Of a stretch of 64,000 nucleotides of DNA, positions 32,626 through 46,400 are shown piece after piece. A program made the translations under genes and the position numbers. The stretch is from Eledone cirrhosa. Taxonomy: Eukaryota. The stretch spans positions 377,952,001 to 378,016,000 of the forward strand of contig OZ024740.1 in the NCBI GenBank assembly GCA_964016885.1. The letters run 5' to 3'. Each line of letters begins with the position of its first letter. Position 1 is the first letter of the stretch. Under the pieces are notes generated by a model that saw nothing but the letters and a program-made list of their open reading frames with translations, was not told the DNA's origin and made no database searches.

Positions 32626-35600
32626 TATGCATTTAATGTATATAAATGTAATGAGATTAATCCCCCAATTTTCACCCCAGCCCTACTAAAATGTAGGGTC
32701 TTAAACTTCGTTAAAATGAAACCAAGATTTTACATAAAATATCCATATGACATAACATTTCTTCTTAGTTTCAACATCACTTACTGTCTTACAAATGATA
32801 TGGATGCTACAACTTTTCCTTCATTCTCAAATATTCTAGTACTATTGTTTTTCTACAGTTAATACGTTATACATTATAAATAAGACATTATTGTTTACAT
32901 AAGTGACACTTATTTTCAGTTAAATACTTTAAGTTACTCATTAACTGGAGTAAATTTACTTTTTTTTCCCCAGACTTGTTACATTTAGCTTTTCCATAGA
33001 AAAAAATAATTTTTCCTTTCTTTGTTTGGGAATAAAGCTCCATATTTGTAAAGAAAAAAATGTTTGAGACATTCATGCTTTTCTCAAGGCTATTAGTATC
33101 ATACGTGAATTAGCTTTAACTGACAGATGAAATTGTCATATAAGTAAATCACATATTAAAATATATTTGAGTGAAGTTTTAAAAATGTCACTCTAATCAA
33201 AATAGGGCATTACGTATGTATATATAGATTATAGACATCAATGACTAAATGTTTTCAAATATTTAAAATCCTATACAAATATGAAATAGTAACCTAACAT
33301 TTTATTCATGGATATCAGATGAACAAGTAGGATTCCCAGCTAGAGGTACTAAATTAAAATTGATTTTATCATCTTCAAACCTCCAGTCACAAACATCAAA
33401 CATACAATTTCTTAATATAATTTGATCTTTGTTGGTCCAGTAATTTCAGTATGGAAAAGTGAATATATGATGAATCAAACAAATTTCAGTTTATGATCAA
33501 TATTCTAACCTCTACCATTAGGGTGTGTTGGAATTGTTGTATACTACTTTGACACTGAAATCGGGTGTTTTGAACTGAAACTGTTCAAACATGTTTTATA
33601 AAAACAATACATAACAGCATACTATTTTTATATATTGAACAGAATATGAAAGAAAGATAGTAATCTAATCATGGTGTACTTACTAATAGGCTTTATAAAC
33701 ACCACTATTGAACTGATGCCTAATTATTGCAATACATTTGTCCAAAATAAGATATTTCTATATCCCAAACTGATAGTATCTAAAAAAATGATTATATCAA
33801 TGTATTGCTTTTTTGGCTTCAGGTAAAAAAAAAATCATGCTTTGAATTAAAATATTTCACATAACTCTTAAGTTTCTCTTGCAATTTGTTTTAAATAATT
33901 TCTTAATTTCAGTTATCAAAGCTTTTTTATTTTTGTTTTTTACTTTAAAAAAAAATATAACATTTAATAATCCAGTTTTTACATTTTTCCTACCATTTGA
34001 TATTTTATCAAAAACTTCATAAAATATTTTTTATAAGAAACTTATGTTTGAAGAAATTTCTATTAATTGTAATTTTATCAAAAGTGAAGTGATAATGTGT
34101 TGAGTTTGTGATATGTTGATATTAGTTTGGTGATTGTATATTAAATCATTATATCAATTCATTTATTAGAAAGTTAAGTATTTCTCTATTACTGTAGTTG
34201 TCAATATTTGCAGACAATATACAACACAATCTTTCTATTGTCATTCCAATGAAAGTTATAAATTAGATGGTCTAGCAATTTCTAAGGTAATTAAAATAAA
34301 TGAAGTCTTTAAAAAAAGATGTTTCATGTGCAGCCTTTTGTAATCATTGGTACAGAATGGGCCACTTATTTTCACATTCCAATAACAATCTATAAATCCA
34401 TTAGTTTAATGAGTTTCGAGGGCAGAAGAAAGCTTAGATATACATATATTAAAATTATTAATATATAAACTGAAAGTTTAAATTTTCCAAAAGGTTTGTT
34501 TTTAATTTTAAATGATCAGGAATTTAATACATTCGAAAGGAACCAATTTATACTTTTTCTCCAACACAATTCTGTAAAGGCTTCTTATATGGTTTGTTTT
34601 TATTAATTTGAAAACATACATATTGAAATTTTTCTGTGAGTGCTGATGTTAACTCCCTATGTAAATAAAATTGTTATGTTCACTGCTAAACAAATATTCT
34701 TTCAGTTGCAGTCAGTTAAGATCTTTTCTCCTCTTCCTCAATAAGTCAACTTTATATTCAAATAATATTGTGTTTACACCTACCATTGTCTCTTAATGAT
34801 CACTCTGTTTCCTTTTTAGATAATTTTACCTCTGTGTCTTGGACTTTAAAACTACACTCCATTATAAAATAACAAAATGCATTAAAAATACTTTCTAACA
34901 TTTTTGATTTTGTTGTTTTGTTTTTAGCTTAAACATGCCTTGATTTGCTTTGTATCTGCATTAACCCTTTCGTTAACATATTTCTAATAGAAAACACTAT
35001 GATGTTCAAATAATCAAGAATTAGGGGGGGGGGGGATAACTAACTTTCCCATTATTAATCTGGTGTTTGGAACAAAGGATTCTTACAAAAAATGATGGAA
35101 AGTTTTAAATTTATAAACACTTAAATAGTTTATCATCATAGAATCATAGTTGGTTAAATTAATATTTCCATTGTACTACAATTGCTGCCATTCAACAGTG
35201 AGAAAATATATCTGTATAATTAGAAATAAAATTTCAGGTTGGATCCCCTACCTAATGCAATTTCATGACAATGTTTTTAACAAACTCGCACATGTGACTG
35301 TGTATATCAAGGTTTTAGAATAGGTATACTGTAATAGGCAACTAAAGAAGTGTGTATCCAGATATAAAACATTGTCTTGACTGCAGTATAAAGTGAATGT
35401 AAAAATAATAATGACAGCAATTTTTATTACAATTGCGTAGCAATGTATGTCAAGCAATAAAAACGCTTATAAATGTAAACTTTTAATAACTGTTTAATAA
35501 AGTGATTGCAACACATATATTTAAGACATTATTACCATAGAAAATATAATTACAAAATAAAGTATGATTTATTTAAAAATGAAGTGGCAAAATTACAATT

Positions 35601-36301
35601 TTTAAAACATTGTTCGAAAGCAAAAATTTAATTATCAGTTCTTGAAATAATAATATTTATACAAAAAAAATATATATATATATATATAACATTTTCCTCT
35701 CAGATTTATTGTGTATATGCGTAGAAAACAAACTTAGAGACCTAAGTTGCCCCATATGTTATTAGGTATTGTATAATTCAGAATGACATTTGAAAATGCT
35801 GTCCAGTTATTAATTTTAAGGCACTTAATTTAAGAGATTCAATATCATTTATATTTCAAGCCAAGCAAAATATAACTTGAGTGGAGATTCATCTGATGCA
35901 TTATTTCCACCACACTAAATGAAATGAGATTTATCTGCACTGATGTTCGAAATTACAGCTACACGAAATTTTTTTTTTTTGCTTCAAAGCATTGAAATAA
36001 AAGTGTTTTATTTTTAGTGCGATGTAGATGACCATCTTTACTGTATTGTTTTGAAACAGAAACAAGGGTGTCAACATTGATAAAATTCAAATTACATTTC
36101 TATCAGAATCAAGTATTCACTGCTGCTTGAGAATTGATTTGGATTGTCATATATAATAAGCCAGCTTACTAAATGTTAAAGCAATTGATCTTCAAATTCT
36201 GACTTTTCGAAAATGAATGCATGAAGCCTGAGGCAAGAAGTATTGTCTATGAATACCTCTAATATAATGGAAAGAGGTTATATAATGAGTGAGAAACGTT
36301 T

Positions 36302-36449
36302 TCAGTTGGTGATTGTATGCCATGCTTGATACAAACGAGCTGTAATGGCTTCTAGAACTGGCTGGGTGCAATGAATAGCTGTGGAACCAGTTATCAGAGA
36401 AGGTGCCAAAGATTGCAGAGATTCCAAGGTGGAAGATGTATCATTTAAC
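36302..36449 (-). CDS. M28B-like gene, last coding exon
   Basis: ttttcag|G TTA AAT GAT...ACC AAC TGA; (R)LNDTSSTLESLQSLAPSLITGSTAIHCTQPVLEAITARLYQAWHTITN*; the phase matches the previous exon. AATAAA on the - strand at ~36012-36007. Confidence 0.75.
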
Positions 36450-37381
36450 CTGAAAATAAATTTGAAAATGACATTAATAGAACATAACTTTTGATTGTTT
36501 AATTATATACACCCTTCAGTTCCCATGTAGTATTGGCATACAGAAAATTTATAACAGTTATATTCGTACTAATGTGGACATTAGCTTATCTATTTTTAAG
36601 CTAAGCAATATTTTTTTTTATATATCTATGAGTTCTTAGTAGAATGGCTTCTGGAGCTAGAAACTGCATTTATTCTGACACCCAAGAGACAGGCATGGAA
36701 AGAGTGGGGGAAGTAGAGAACACTACCAGGATGCTAGGAGAGAAGCTAGACAACAAGTGTGCTTTGCAAGGAGGGAAGCAGAAAATGAAAACATTTTAGC
36801 AACATTTTGTGACATGAGGAGTTCAAGATTGCGAGGCAGTGTATCTGTTCTTAGCCCTCTCCTGTTTATCATCCTGTAGGCTATGAAAGGAGAGTTTAAG
36901 ACTAGCTATCCATGGGAACTCCTATATCCTGATGATCTAGCCCTCATAATTGAATCTATGGGAGAATTAGAGAAGGAATTCCAAACTTGGAAGCATAAGG
37001 TTTTAAAGTTAACATAGCAAACAAGGCCCAGATCCCTTAATGTGCAGGATATGAGTGGGTATAAATTCCATTTTATATCCCAAATGCAAACTATGGGTAC
37101 ACAAGAGATGTAGTGGGATCTCAGGCTTTAAGGGAGTCATGCTGGTGACATGATCAAAAGCACCCAATCCACCCTGTTAGATACCATGATAAAAAAACAC
37201 CCAGTCCACACTGTAATGTGGTTGACGTTAGGAAGAACATCCAGCGGTAGAAACCAAACCAAAATACAGATCCGTATGAGCAAGACATGGGTTGGGTTAC
37301 CTGACCTGACCTGACTTGTTTCATAATGTCACAACCTATCTACCCATGCAAGCGTGGAAAAATAGACTTTAAATAATGATG

Positions 37382-37415
<34 letters not shown>

Positions 37416-40400
37416 CACATTGCTCCAGTTTACTCAGCTGTAGAAATGAGATGATAGGGACTGGGGTCCCTACCATTCCACTGCAAAGTGGTCGTGGAGG
37501 TGTCACGGCAAAAAAGCACTCAGCACTCACTGTAAATGAGGTTGGTGTTAGGAAGGGCATCCAGCTGTAGGAATCAAGCCAGAATCAGTTCCCGTATGAG
37601 CAAGACAAGGTCAGCTGACCGGACACTGCCCACAACAGGACAACCCGTCTAACCCATGCTAGCGTGAAAGAACGGACGTAAAACGGTGATATATATATAT
37701 CATCATCATTATTTAACGTCCATCTTCCACGCTTGCATGGGTTTGGACGGGAGTTTTCCCACTTGAGGCAAGAGTGGTTGTCTTGCTCGCATAGGACAGT
37801 CTAGTGGGTTTTCTACGGCTGGATGCCCTTCCTAACACCAACCACGTTTACAGTGTGGACTGGGAGGTTTTTACCGTGTTACCTACACAACCTCATTTGT
37901 TTCGGACTGGATGTTGTGGTACCAACAATGATAGGTTAGGTGGAGTAGACATAGATAATGTAATTGAAGTAGTTAGAATGACAGAATTATCTAGCTCAGA
38001 ATAGTTTTTAGGCAATAGATTGTCAACAATTAACTCTACCTATTCTCCTCAATCAGGTCTAAGTAAGGACCAAAAGGACAGAGGACCAGCTATCAAAATT
38101 AACAATTATGGGGCCAAGAAAGAAAATAAAGAAACAAAAAATGGTAAAGATGCTGATTTGTCAGAGATAGTTGCTGTTGTGCTGAAATTCTCTGAGGAAG
38201 TAAGAGTTAAACTAGTCACCTGCATAATCAATCAGATAATACACAGTGGGGTCATACCCAATGACTGGTGTAGTAGTATACTCATTAATTATTACAAGTG
38301 AAAAGATGTTGTGCTAGAAAGGAGCATAAAATTGATGGACCAAGTGGTGAAGTTTTAGCACAGCTAATTAAAGAAAGGGTTAAATTAAATGAGATGCAGT
38401 TTGGTTTTATGCACAGGAGGAGCATCACAGATGTCTTCTTCTTTATACTGACAGAGATTGCACAAGTCTCTTTTGCAGTCTTTTGTCACCTCACACATAT
38501 ACACACAGCAATGATTCTTTAAACATGATAAAAAAGAATAAAATGAATATTTTAGAATACCTGGTGAGAGGAGCCAATATCTTATGCAACACCAATGACT
38601 CATGTTGACAATCTTTTTTTGACCACTGGCTATGTACAAATTTCTTATTAAATCCATTACTTTTTGGTGGAATGTTCAAATGTTTAAAAGCTGTTGGATG
38701 ATTGATGGTACCAACCAATGACAAAATTCTTGACATGGCATCACTGAGGGCATCTAAAAAAGAAAAGGTGTTTACAGTGCTACTCAACCAAGCAAGTTAC
38801 TGATTCCAGTTCTATAAAAATGAACTTAAGAAAGAAAATTCTATGGTAATCAATAAAGATCAAAGATTATTAATGTGGAATTTTAAGTTAGCGAAATGGA
38901 AGTAATATTTTTAAATTCAAATCCTACAAGGATAACTTTGCCCTTCAATAATCCAGTCAGTAAAATAAGTACATGTACTGAGGAAAAGTTAATAAACTAT
39001 ACTTCTTTACTATAAATGTTTAGCCCAGTGACAATATATGAAATCTTTGAAAGATCAACCTTAAAATATTGTATGTATCCGTTATTTCTATAGCGTATAT
39101 GATTATATTATGATGATATGCCATAATAGTAAAGACTCATCCACCAGAACAATAACTTTGACACTAAAAGTAAACATGGTGAGAGACCGGAGTCTACAGA
39201 GTCTGGCAATTAAACAGAGAACATGTAACAACTTCACTAGTGTTGGTGTCATGAAAAAATACACTCAATACACCTTGTAAAGTGATTGGCATTAGATATG
39301 GCACCTATCCATAGAAAGCATGCTAAATATGGAATGTAGGAACAAGAAGAGGCAGTTCTGACCTGTCTGATCTCAGACTGTAACAAACTATCCCACCTAT
39401 GTAAGAGTGAAAAGCAAACATAAAATGATGATAGTGATGATGGCTTGCATTAGAATCTTTCATGTGTTTAGTTGAGTGAGTGCATGATAAAACATATGTA
39501 TTTGTTTTCTGTAAAATTAAGTAACTTATCAAAATAAAACATATATCATAAATAGTTTTGAAATAAGAAATATCTAAATTCTTTCTTAACATCTTCTCAC
39601 TCTGTTTTCTCCATCTTACTCATCCTCTCTCTTCTTTCACCCTCTTATCTTGATTTTCTCTTGGTCATCAATCTTTTTTGCCTCTTCAGTTATGTTTGTC
39701 ATGAACAGAGACAATGTAAATAGAGAAGACTCTTTAGTCTTGTTGAGAACATGACAACCCTTTTAGTGCTGGTGCCATAATAAATTGCACCTAATACAAT
39801 CTGTAAAATGAGAGCCATTGGGAGGGGCATATAATCAGAGAAATAATTGGTTCTACTATTGGCACAAGGCCAGAAAATTACCCAGTACATTACTGGTACT
39901 TTATTTTATCGACCCCGTAAGGATGAAAGGCAAAGTTAACCTCGGCGGGATTTGAACTCAGAATGGCAAGGGCCGTAACTCTATGCGTCAAAGCATGGCG
40001 TCCGAACCTCTACCGATACTGCCAATCCACCAGAGAAATAATGCCAGAAAAAGAATGTATAGGTAAGATATAATCTTGAGTTATCAAGGGTAAAGGGTAA
40101 AGACCCCCTTTGGTCATGAATGACCATAGGATTTGTACCTAGAAAGTTTCCCTTCCAAGACACAAGTCTGGGCAAGGTATTTATGTGGAAGACTAGAAGT
40201 TGCCCATGTATACCAATCTCCCTTCTCCATGTCACCAAGCAAATACCAATACAACTTGGCACCAGTAATGTTGAGTAAACATTACAGCTGAGTAAACTGG
40301 AGCAACCTGAAATAATGTGTCTTGCTCAAGAACACAACACATCGCCCAGTCCAGGAATCAAACACACAACCTCACGATTCTCAATCCAACACTATAACCA

Positions 40401-43400
40401 GTAAGCCACATGCCTGTAATTTCAAAAAACTAGTTGGTCTGTTATGTCCTACCGCACCCATGCCAGCATGGAAAGAGGATGTAAGATGATGATGATGATG
40501 ATGACAATGATAAAAGACAGGCATAAATATTATGATCTCCAGTAAAGTTCATTATAGAAATAGAATAGATATAAAAATGTAGACAAAGGAGGAAAGAGTT
40601 TCAGGAAATTTGTTAACTACTGGCATTCAAAATTGTGTCACTCAAAATAAGCTTTGTAATATACACTGCTTGAGATACATTTCAATATTAAATTACTCCT
40701 TGTACATTCCTCTCTGATGGTGGAATGTCAAAAGCAAAGGACCACTTTTCAACGATGATTCAGTGCTAAATTGGGTTTTATTGCAAGTAGATGACTTAAT
40801 GGAATGTCATACCATGGGCTTCAGGGTCAACAGCTCATGTTATGTCACTGCATCTGAAAAAGATATTCTTCATGTTGGCCTGCAGTAGTGGATAGCAAAT
40901 CACTCCAGTGTACTTCTATAATGAGATCCTGATATTGACTGGATCATCACAAGTTCAGTCTCACCACAATACCATCAATATAAAACAGAAGAGTCAAAGA
41001 ATAAGCTTTATACTGACTGGTATATCCTGCAATAATTTTCTTATCACTATTTTGGCAGGTATGGTGATGTCATTACTTAACCGAGGAGGCCAAATTAAAC
41101 TGGAATATGTCCAAAGTTATCTTCTGTATTGTCTTTTCCTTACAACATAATTTATTTTTTATTAGATTGTGAATGTCCATTACATTAAATATTTAAGATT
41201 TTGGAGGAAAATTACTTTTACTATATTCAATTATGAACTGAAGTACTGGGTCTGATTTAAATAGTAGATTAACTGACAATGGTTATGAGTCTTCAACATA
41301 GAATATAACATATAAACATAGAATATAACATATATACTGTATTATACATCAATATTCTAATAGTAAGAACCAACAGCTACAACTTTACATCTATTTTAGC
41401 ATTTTCATTTCAAGAATGTATACATGTATAGAATAAAGTATAATTATACATACTAAAAGAGAGATTCTTATTATTACGGCATTTCTCGACAAAATGACCA
41501 ATTTGTTGTTCAACGCCAGTTACTAGATCTACCACGCTATAAACATTTCCAACGCCATCAGTCAAAGCCAACAATACAAGGGAACTAACTCGTGCTACCG
41601 CCATATGGTAACGAAAATGATGGACACTATCGGGTTCCATTTTAATCTCATTCTGCTTCTGCAAAGAAACATAAAAAGATATATATGATTTAGTTACAGC
41701 TGTGTATCATACACAAATAGAGCTACCAAAAATCTGAAATATTTAAATAACAGGCTTAATACGTTAAACACACCAGAGATAATGAAGGGGAGATAACTAG
41801 ATAATTCATTTAAAAGGTGTAGCAACAATAAACTTTATCAAATAATTGTTTCTACTTTTGGCACAAGGCCAGCAATTACCCAGTGCATTACTGGTACTTT
41901 ATTTTATCGACCCCCGTAAGGATGAAAGGCAAAGTTAACCTCGGCGGGATTTGAACTCAGATTGGCAAGGACCGTAACTCTATGCGTCAAAGCATGGCGT
42001 CCGACCCTCTACCGATACTGCCAATCCACCGCCCTTTATCAAATAATATTTATTTACATACAAAGTTAAATCTATTGCCGAAGTTTAGTCAAAAACATTC
42101 AACCATTTAAAAAATAGCGTTGATAAATATTTGAAGAACATAAAATTTGAAATGCTCTTCTAAAATGAAAAAGTCAACATCTTTTCACTTTGCTTACCAT
42201 TCATTAAGTAATAAGTAAAAACATCAGAACGATTTATTTACGATTTGAAAGGTGGATCCAACTTTAATTTAAATACATGATTAACAATAAACTACACATA
42301 ATTTTACTGGTGTCAGCCATTGGACTCTGGTCATCCTGGGGCGCTGCCTTTATTTAAGTCTTGTCTTTCATTTTTTATCAACCTCTATTTGTCAAACTAC
42401 TAAGTTATGAAACAAAGAAAGGATAAGGATAAAGATCCCAGAACTCCTTGTGGAGTCGTAGAGGCACCATCATATGGCGTGTCTAGGGCATATTTAAACC
42501 AGGTGGAGCCCAACTCTCTCCAGAGCCGATTTTTTCTTAAGAAGAAGAATCGACTCCAGTACTGGACTGGTACTATTTTTATCGACCTTGAAAGGATGAA
42601 AGGCAAAGTTGACCACAGCAGTATTTGAACTCAGGGGACGCAATGAGGTGGGAAAAATACCATAAAGCATTCTATCCGATGTCTTAATGACTACCAATTC
42701 GCCACCTTAGAAACACAGACATAAATAATACTGATATTTAGACAGACTCAAACACATTTTTCCACTTGCCTCTGTCTTAACCTTTTTTGCCTTTTGCTTT
42801 CCTTCGTTCTATTTTGTGGTCGTGAATGCTCCATCACCTCTCTCTCTCTCTCTCTTGTCCTACCACTTCCACACTAACATGATGCAAAATAATATCATCT
42901 TTGCTAGAAGCACTTTTCATGATTCCAAGAATGTATACATGTATAGAATAAAGCACAAGTTGTTCACCTGAAACTCCATCTCTTAGTTGTAGCTCCAAGA
43001 AGCTTAACAGTGGCCACACCCCAGAAAGTCATTTTAACAGATGGATTAATACAGGTAAGAATAGTCCCCAGGTCTTGCTTAAACTTTTGGTAAATTAGGG
43101 TATGTCAACTCTAGCAGATATAGACAAGAACACTCAGTCTAATGGTTAAAAAAGGAGTTTCAGTAAGCGTTACAGAATGTTATATGGACAACAAAAGACT
43201 ATAGAAGCCCAGGTTATCCATTGCATCTAGACTTCCCTCTAACCATCTTGACCTTGTTATGCCCCAAGACCAAGGTTGAACTGAACAAAAAAAGGAGTCT
43301 GAGATTATAAAACTCCCCTTCAAATCTAATTACTGCTCAAATCATATCACATGATCTCAGTCACTATTCTATGGATGAACAAACAAGCTGAGCATGAACT

Positions 43401-46400
43401 AATAAGGGACCCACTAAGCTGTTGCTCAATCAAGAAATAACAACCAAGTTTTCTTAAATTATACTCAACCACTTGAGGCCACTACCTGAAAAATAAAATT
43501 GGAATGCCTTAGATTATAGATCTGCTCAATCAAGGATGGACTGCAGTGAAATAATAACACTAGTTCTTTATATAAATACAATTATATATTAAGTCTTTTT
43601 CAACTCTTTCATTTCTTCAACTTTACCTAAAATGTTGGTTTTATTTTATGCTACAGCAGCACATTTCTTTCGTTAATATTCCTAATTAGTATGACTTCAA
43701 ATTCTACAAAAGTTAACTTAGCCTTTCATAATTTCTAAGGGCCATAAAATAAAGTATCAGTCAAGTACTAGGTTGATGTAGTCAACTTATCCCTCCCCTA
43801 AAAATTGTTAAGCTTGTGCCATTATTAAGACGATGGATTGGCAGTATTGGTATAGACAAATAAAAAGTAATTTTGGTATTTGTTCCAGCTCTTTACATTT
43901 TGAGTTCAAATCCAATTGGGGTCGACTTTGCCACTCATCCTTTCAAGATCGATAAAATAAAGTACCAGTCAAGTACTGGGGTTGATCAAATAAACTTTGC
44001 CCTTCCTCAAAATTTGCTGGCTTTGTGCCTAAATTAGAAATTGATATTCCTAATCAGTTCATCATTGGCTAACCAATTCTAATAACTGTCTTTCTTTGTT
44101 GTTTGAATAATTTGAAACCTATCAATAGTTATATATGTAGAAACCTTCAACCTTATTCTGAACTTTGGTTATCAATTAAATGAAAAATATTTTATTACTC
44201 CCTTTGTGAGTATAATCTTTTACTAGAGATGCTCAAGTATAAAATCCCCCTAATATTTAGTTAATCTTTCACATAATTTGAGAGATAACTCCATTCCTAG
44301 ATAGGAATGCCAACCTATCATAGACTTTATCCAGGAAACAATTTAAACTTAGTATTGTAAGTAAAAAAAAAAAATTACCAATTATATAGGTTTCCAGCTG
44401 CCTACAGAAGTAAATTGTACAACATTGACTAGAATATTGAGAAACACAACTCAACCCTTCAGCTAACATAAAAGATATTCTAATGACTTGGTAAGCTGCT
44501 GCTTTCTTGCTTAAATAATATCTATAAATTTTCTGTGAACATTATCATTATTTCATTATTCAGTTTTGTAGGAGTAAATTCAACCATCTAATATTAAATG
44601 CACTCTATTTTCCTTCCATAGACAATTTAAAATACCTTCTTAGTCCTACAGTTTAATATCACCCTTTACAAACTCATCGATGAAGCCATTTGGACTATGA
44701 AAGAGCAACAAACAGAATTGGTAGTTCAATGTTTAGCAAGCATTATATATCAAGCATTATATCAGGGCGGTGGATTGGCAGTATCGGTGGAGGGTCGGAC
44801 GCCATGCTTTCCAGCATAGTTACATCCCTTTACGATCTGAGTTCAAATCCCGCCGAGGTTGACTTTGCCTTTCATCCTTACGGGGTCGATAAAATAAAGT
44901 ACCAGTAATGCACTGGCCTTGTGCCTAAAGTAGAAACAATTATATATCTTAATAGAAGGCGGTGGATTGGCAGTATCATCGGTAGAGGGTCGGACGCCAT
45001 GCTTTGCAGCAAAGAGTTACGTCCCTTTATGGTCTGAGTTCAAATCCCACTGAGGTTAACTTTGCCTTTCATCCTTACGGGGTCGATAAAATAAAGTACC
45101 AGTAATGTACTGGGTATTGCTGGCCTTGTGCCAAATGTAGAAACAATTATATATCTTAATAGAAAAGTTGTTGAGAAAAGATACCTTAGTGATTTCAGGT
45201 GCATATTTACAAGTAAACTGAATACTGGGCACCCATTTACTCATAATTTCTGTATGTGTATCACTTAATGGCACTAGTGTATCAGTTGCAGTTAAAGGAA
45301 GTGGAAAATCAGGTTTCTGGTAGAAATTAGTGGCAAATATACTCAATTCTTTTTCGTCTGGATCAGGAACCTGAAAAAAATTGATTAAAAAAGTGGTAAT
45401 AAAAGCATTTGAGTTTCAGTTACTGAAATACTTGAACATTTTCTGAAAAAGAAACAATATATTCAAATACAATATTATGTTCTCCCACACTGTTCTGGCT
45501 AGTATCATTGGGGTAACAATGGTATAAGTTACTGGTTGTTGTTAGACCCATTGTAGTGTATTGTGTATGAAAGTCATCAAATAATTTTCTTTTCTAAGTT
45601 GTATTCCCTTCCGTTTTAATAGATTTTGAAATAGGTTCTTTTATGTTTAAAATAACGTCACCAACCTATCAATTAAACCAGTAAACAAATATAAATTTAC
45701 ATATTACCACCAAATCCTTTTCTTTATTCAAAAAGCTATTTCTTAATTTTATTTTAATTAATTTTTATTTAAAATTCAACTGTAATTCAATTTATATTTT
45801 AAAAGTATTTATTCTAATTTTATAACTGCCTATCATTATTACCGTGTGGATTGGCAGTATCGGTAGAGAGTCGGACGCCATGCTTTCCAGCATAGTTACG
45901 TCCCTTTACGATTTGAGTTCAAATCCCGCCGAGGTTGTCTTTGCCTTTCATCCTTACGGGGTCGATAAAATAAAGTACCAGTAATGAACTGGGTAATTGC
46001 TGGCCTTGTGCCTAAAGTAGAAACAATTATTACCGTATAGGGCGGTGGATTGGCAGTATCGGTAGAGGGTCGGACGCCATGCTTTCCAGCATAGTTACGT
46101 CCCTTTACGATCTGAGTTCAAATCCCGCCGAGGTTGACTTTGCCTTTCATCCTTACGGAGTCGATAAAATAAAGTACCAGTAATGCACTGGGTAATTGCT
46201 GGCCTTGTGCCTAAAGTAGAAGCAATTATTACCGTATATTATGCCATTCTGAGTTCAAAGCCCGCCAAGGTTAACTCTGCCTTTCATCGTTATGGGGGTC
46301 GATAAAATAAAGTACCAGTAATACACTGAGTTATTGCTGGCCTTGTGCCAAAAGTAGAAACAATTATTACCGTATATTCTCGAATATAAGCCGTGAGATA

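Noticed and set aside
40812-40853. Possible small exon of the - strand gene
   Set aside because: Stop codon in the required phase; exons 41454 and 38753 join with family-consistent sequence without it.
44636-44694. Possible 59-bp extra (poison) exon of the - strand gene with plausible AG/GT
   Set aside because: In-frame stop and no homology. Flanking exons already join in phase, and such pseudo-exons are common in AT-rich introns.
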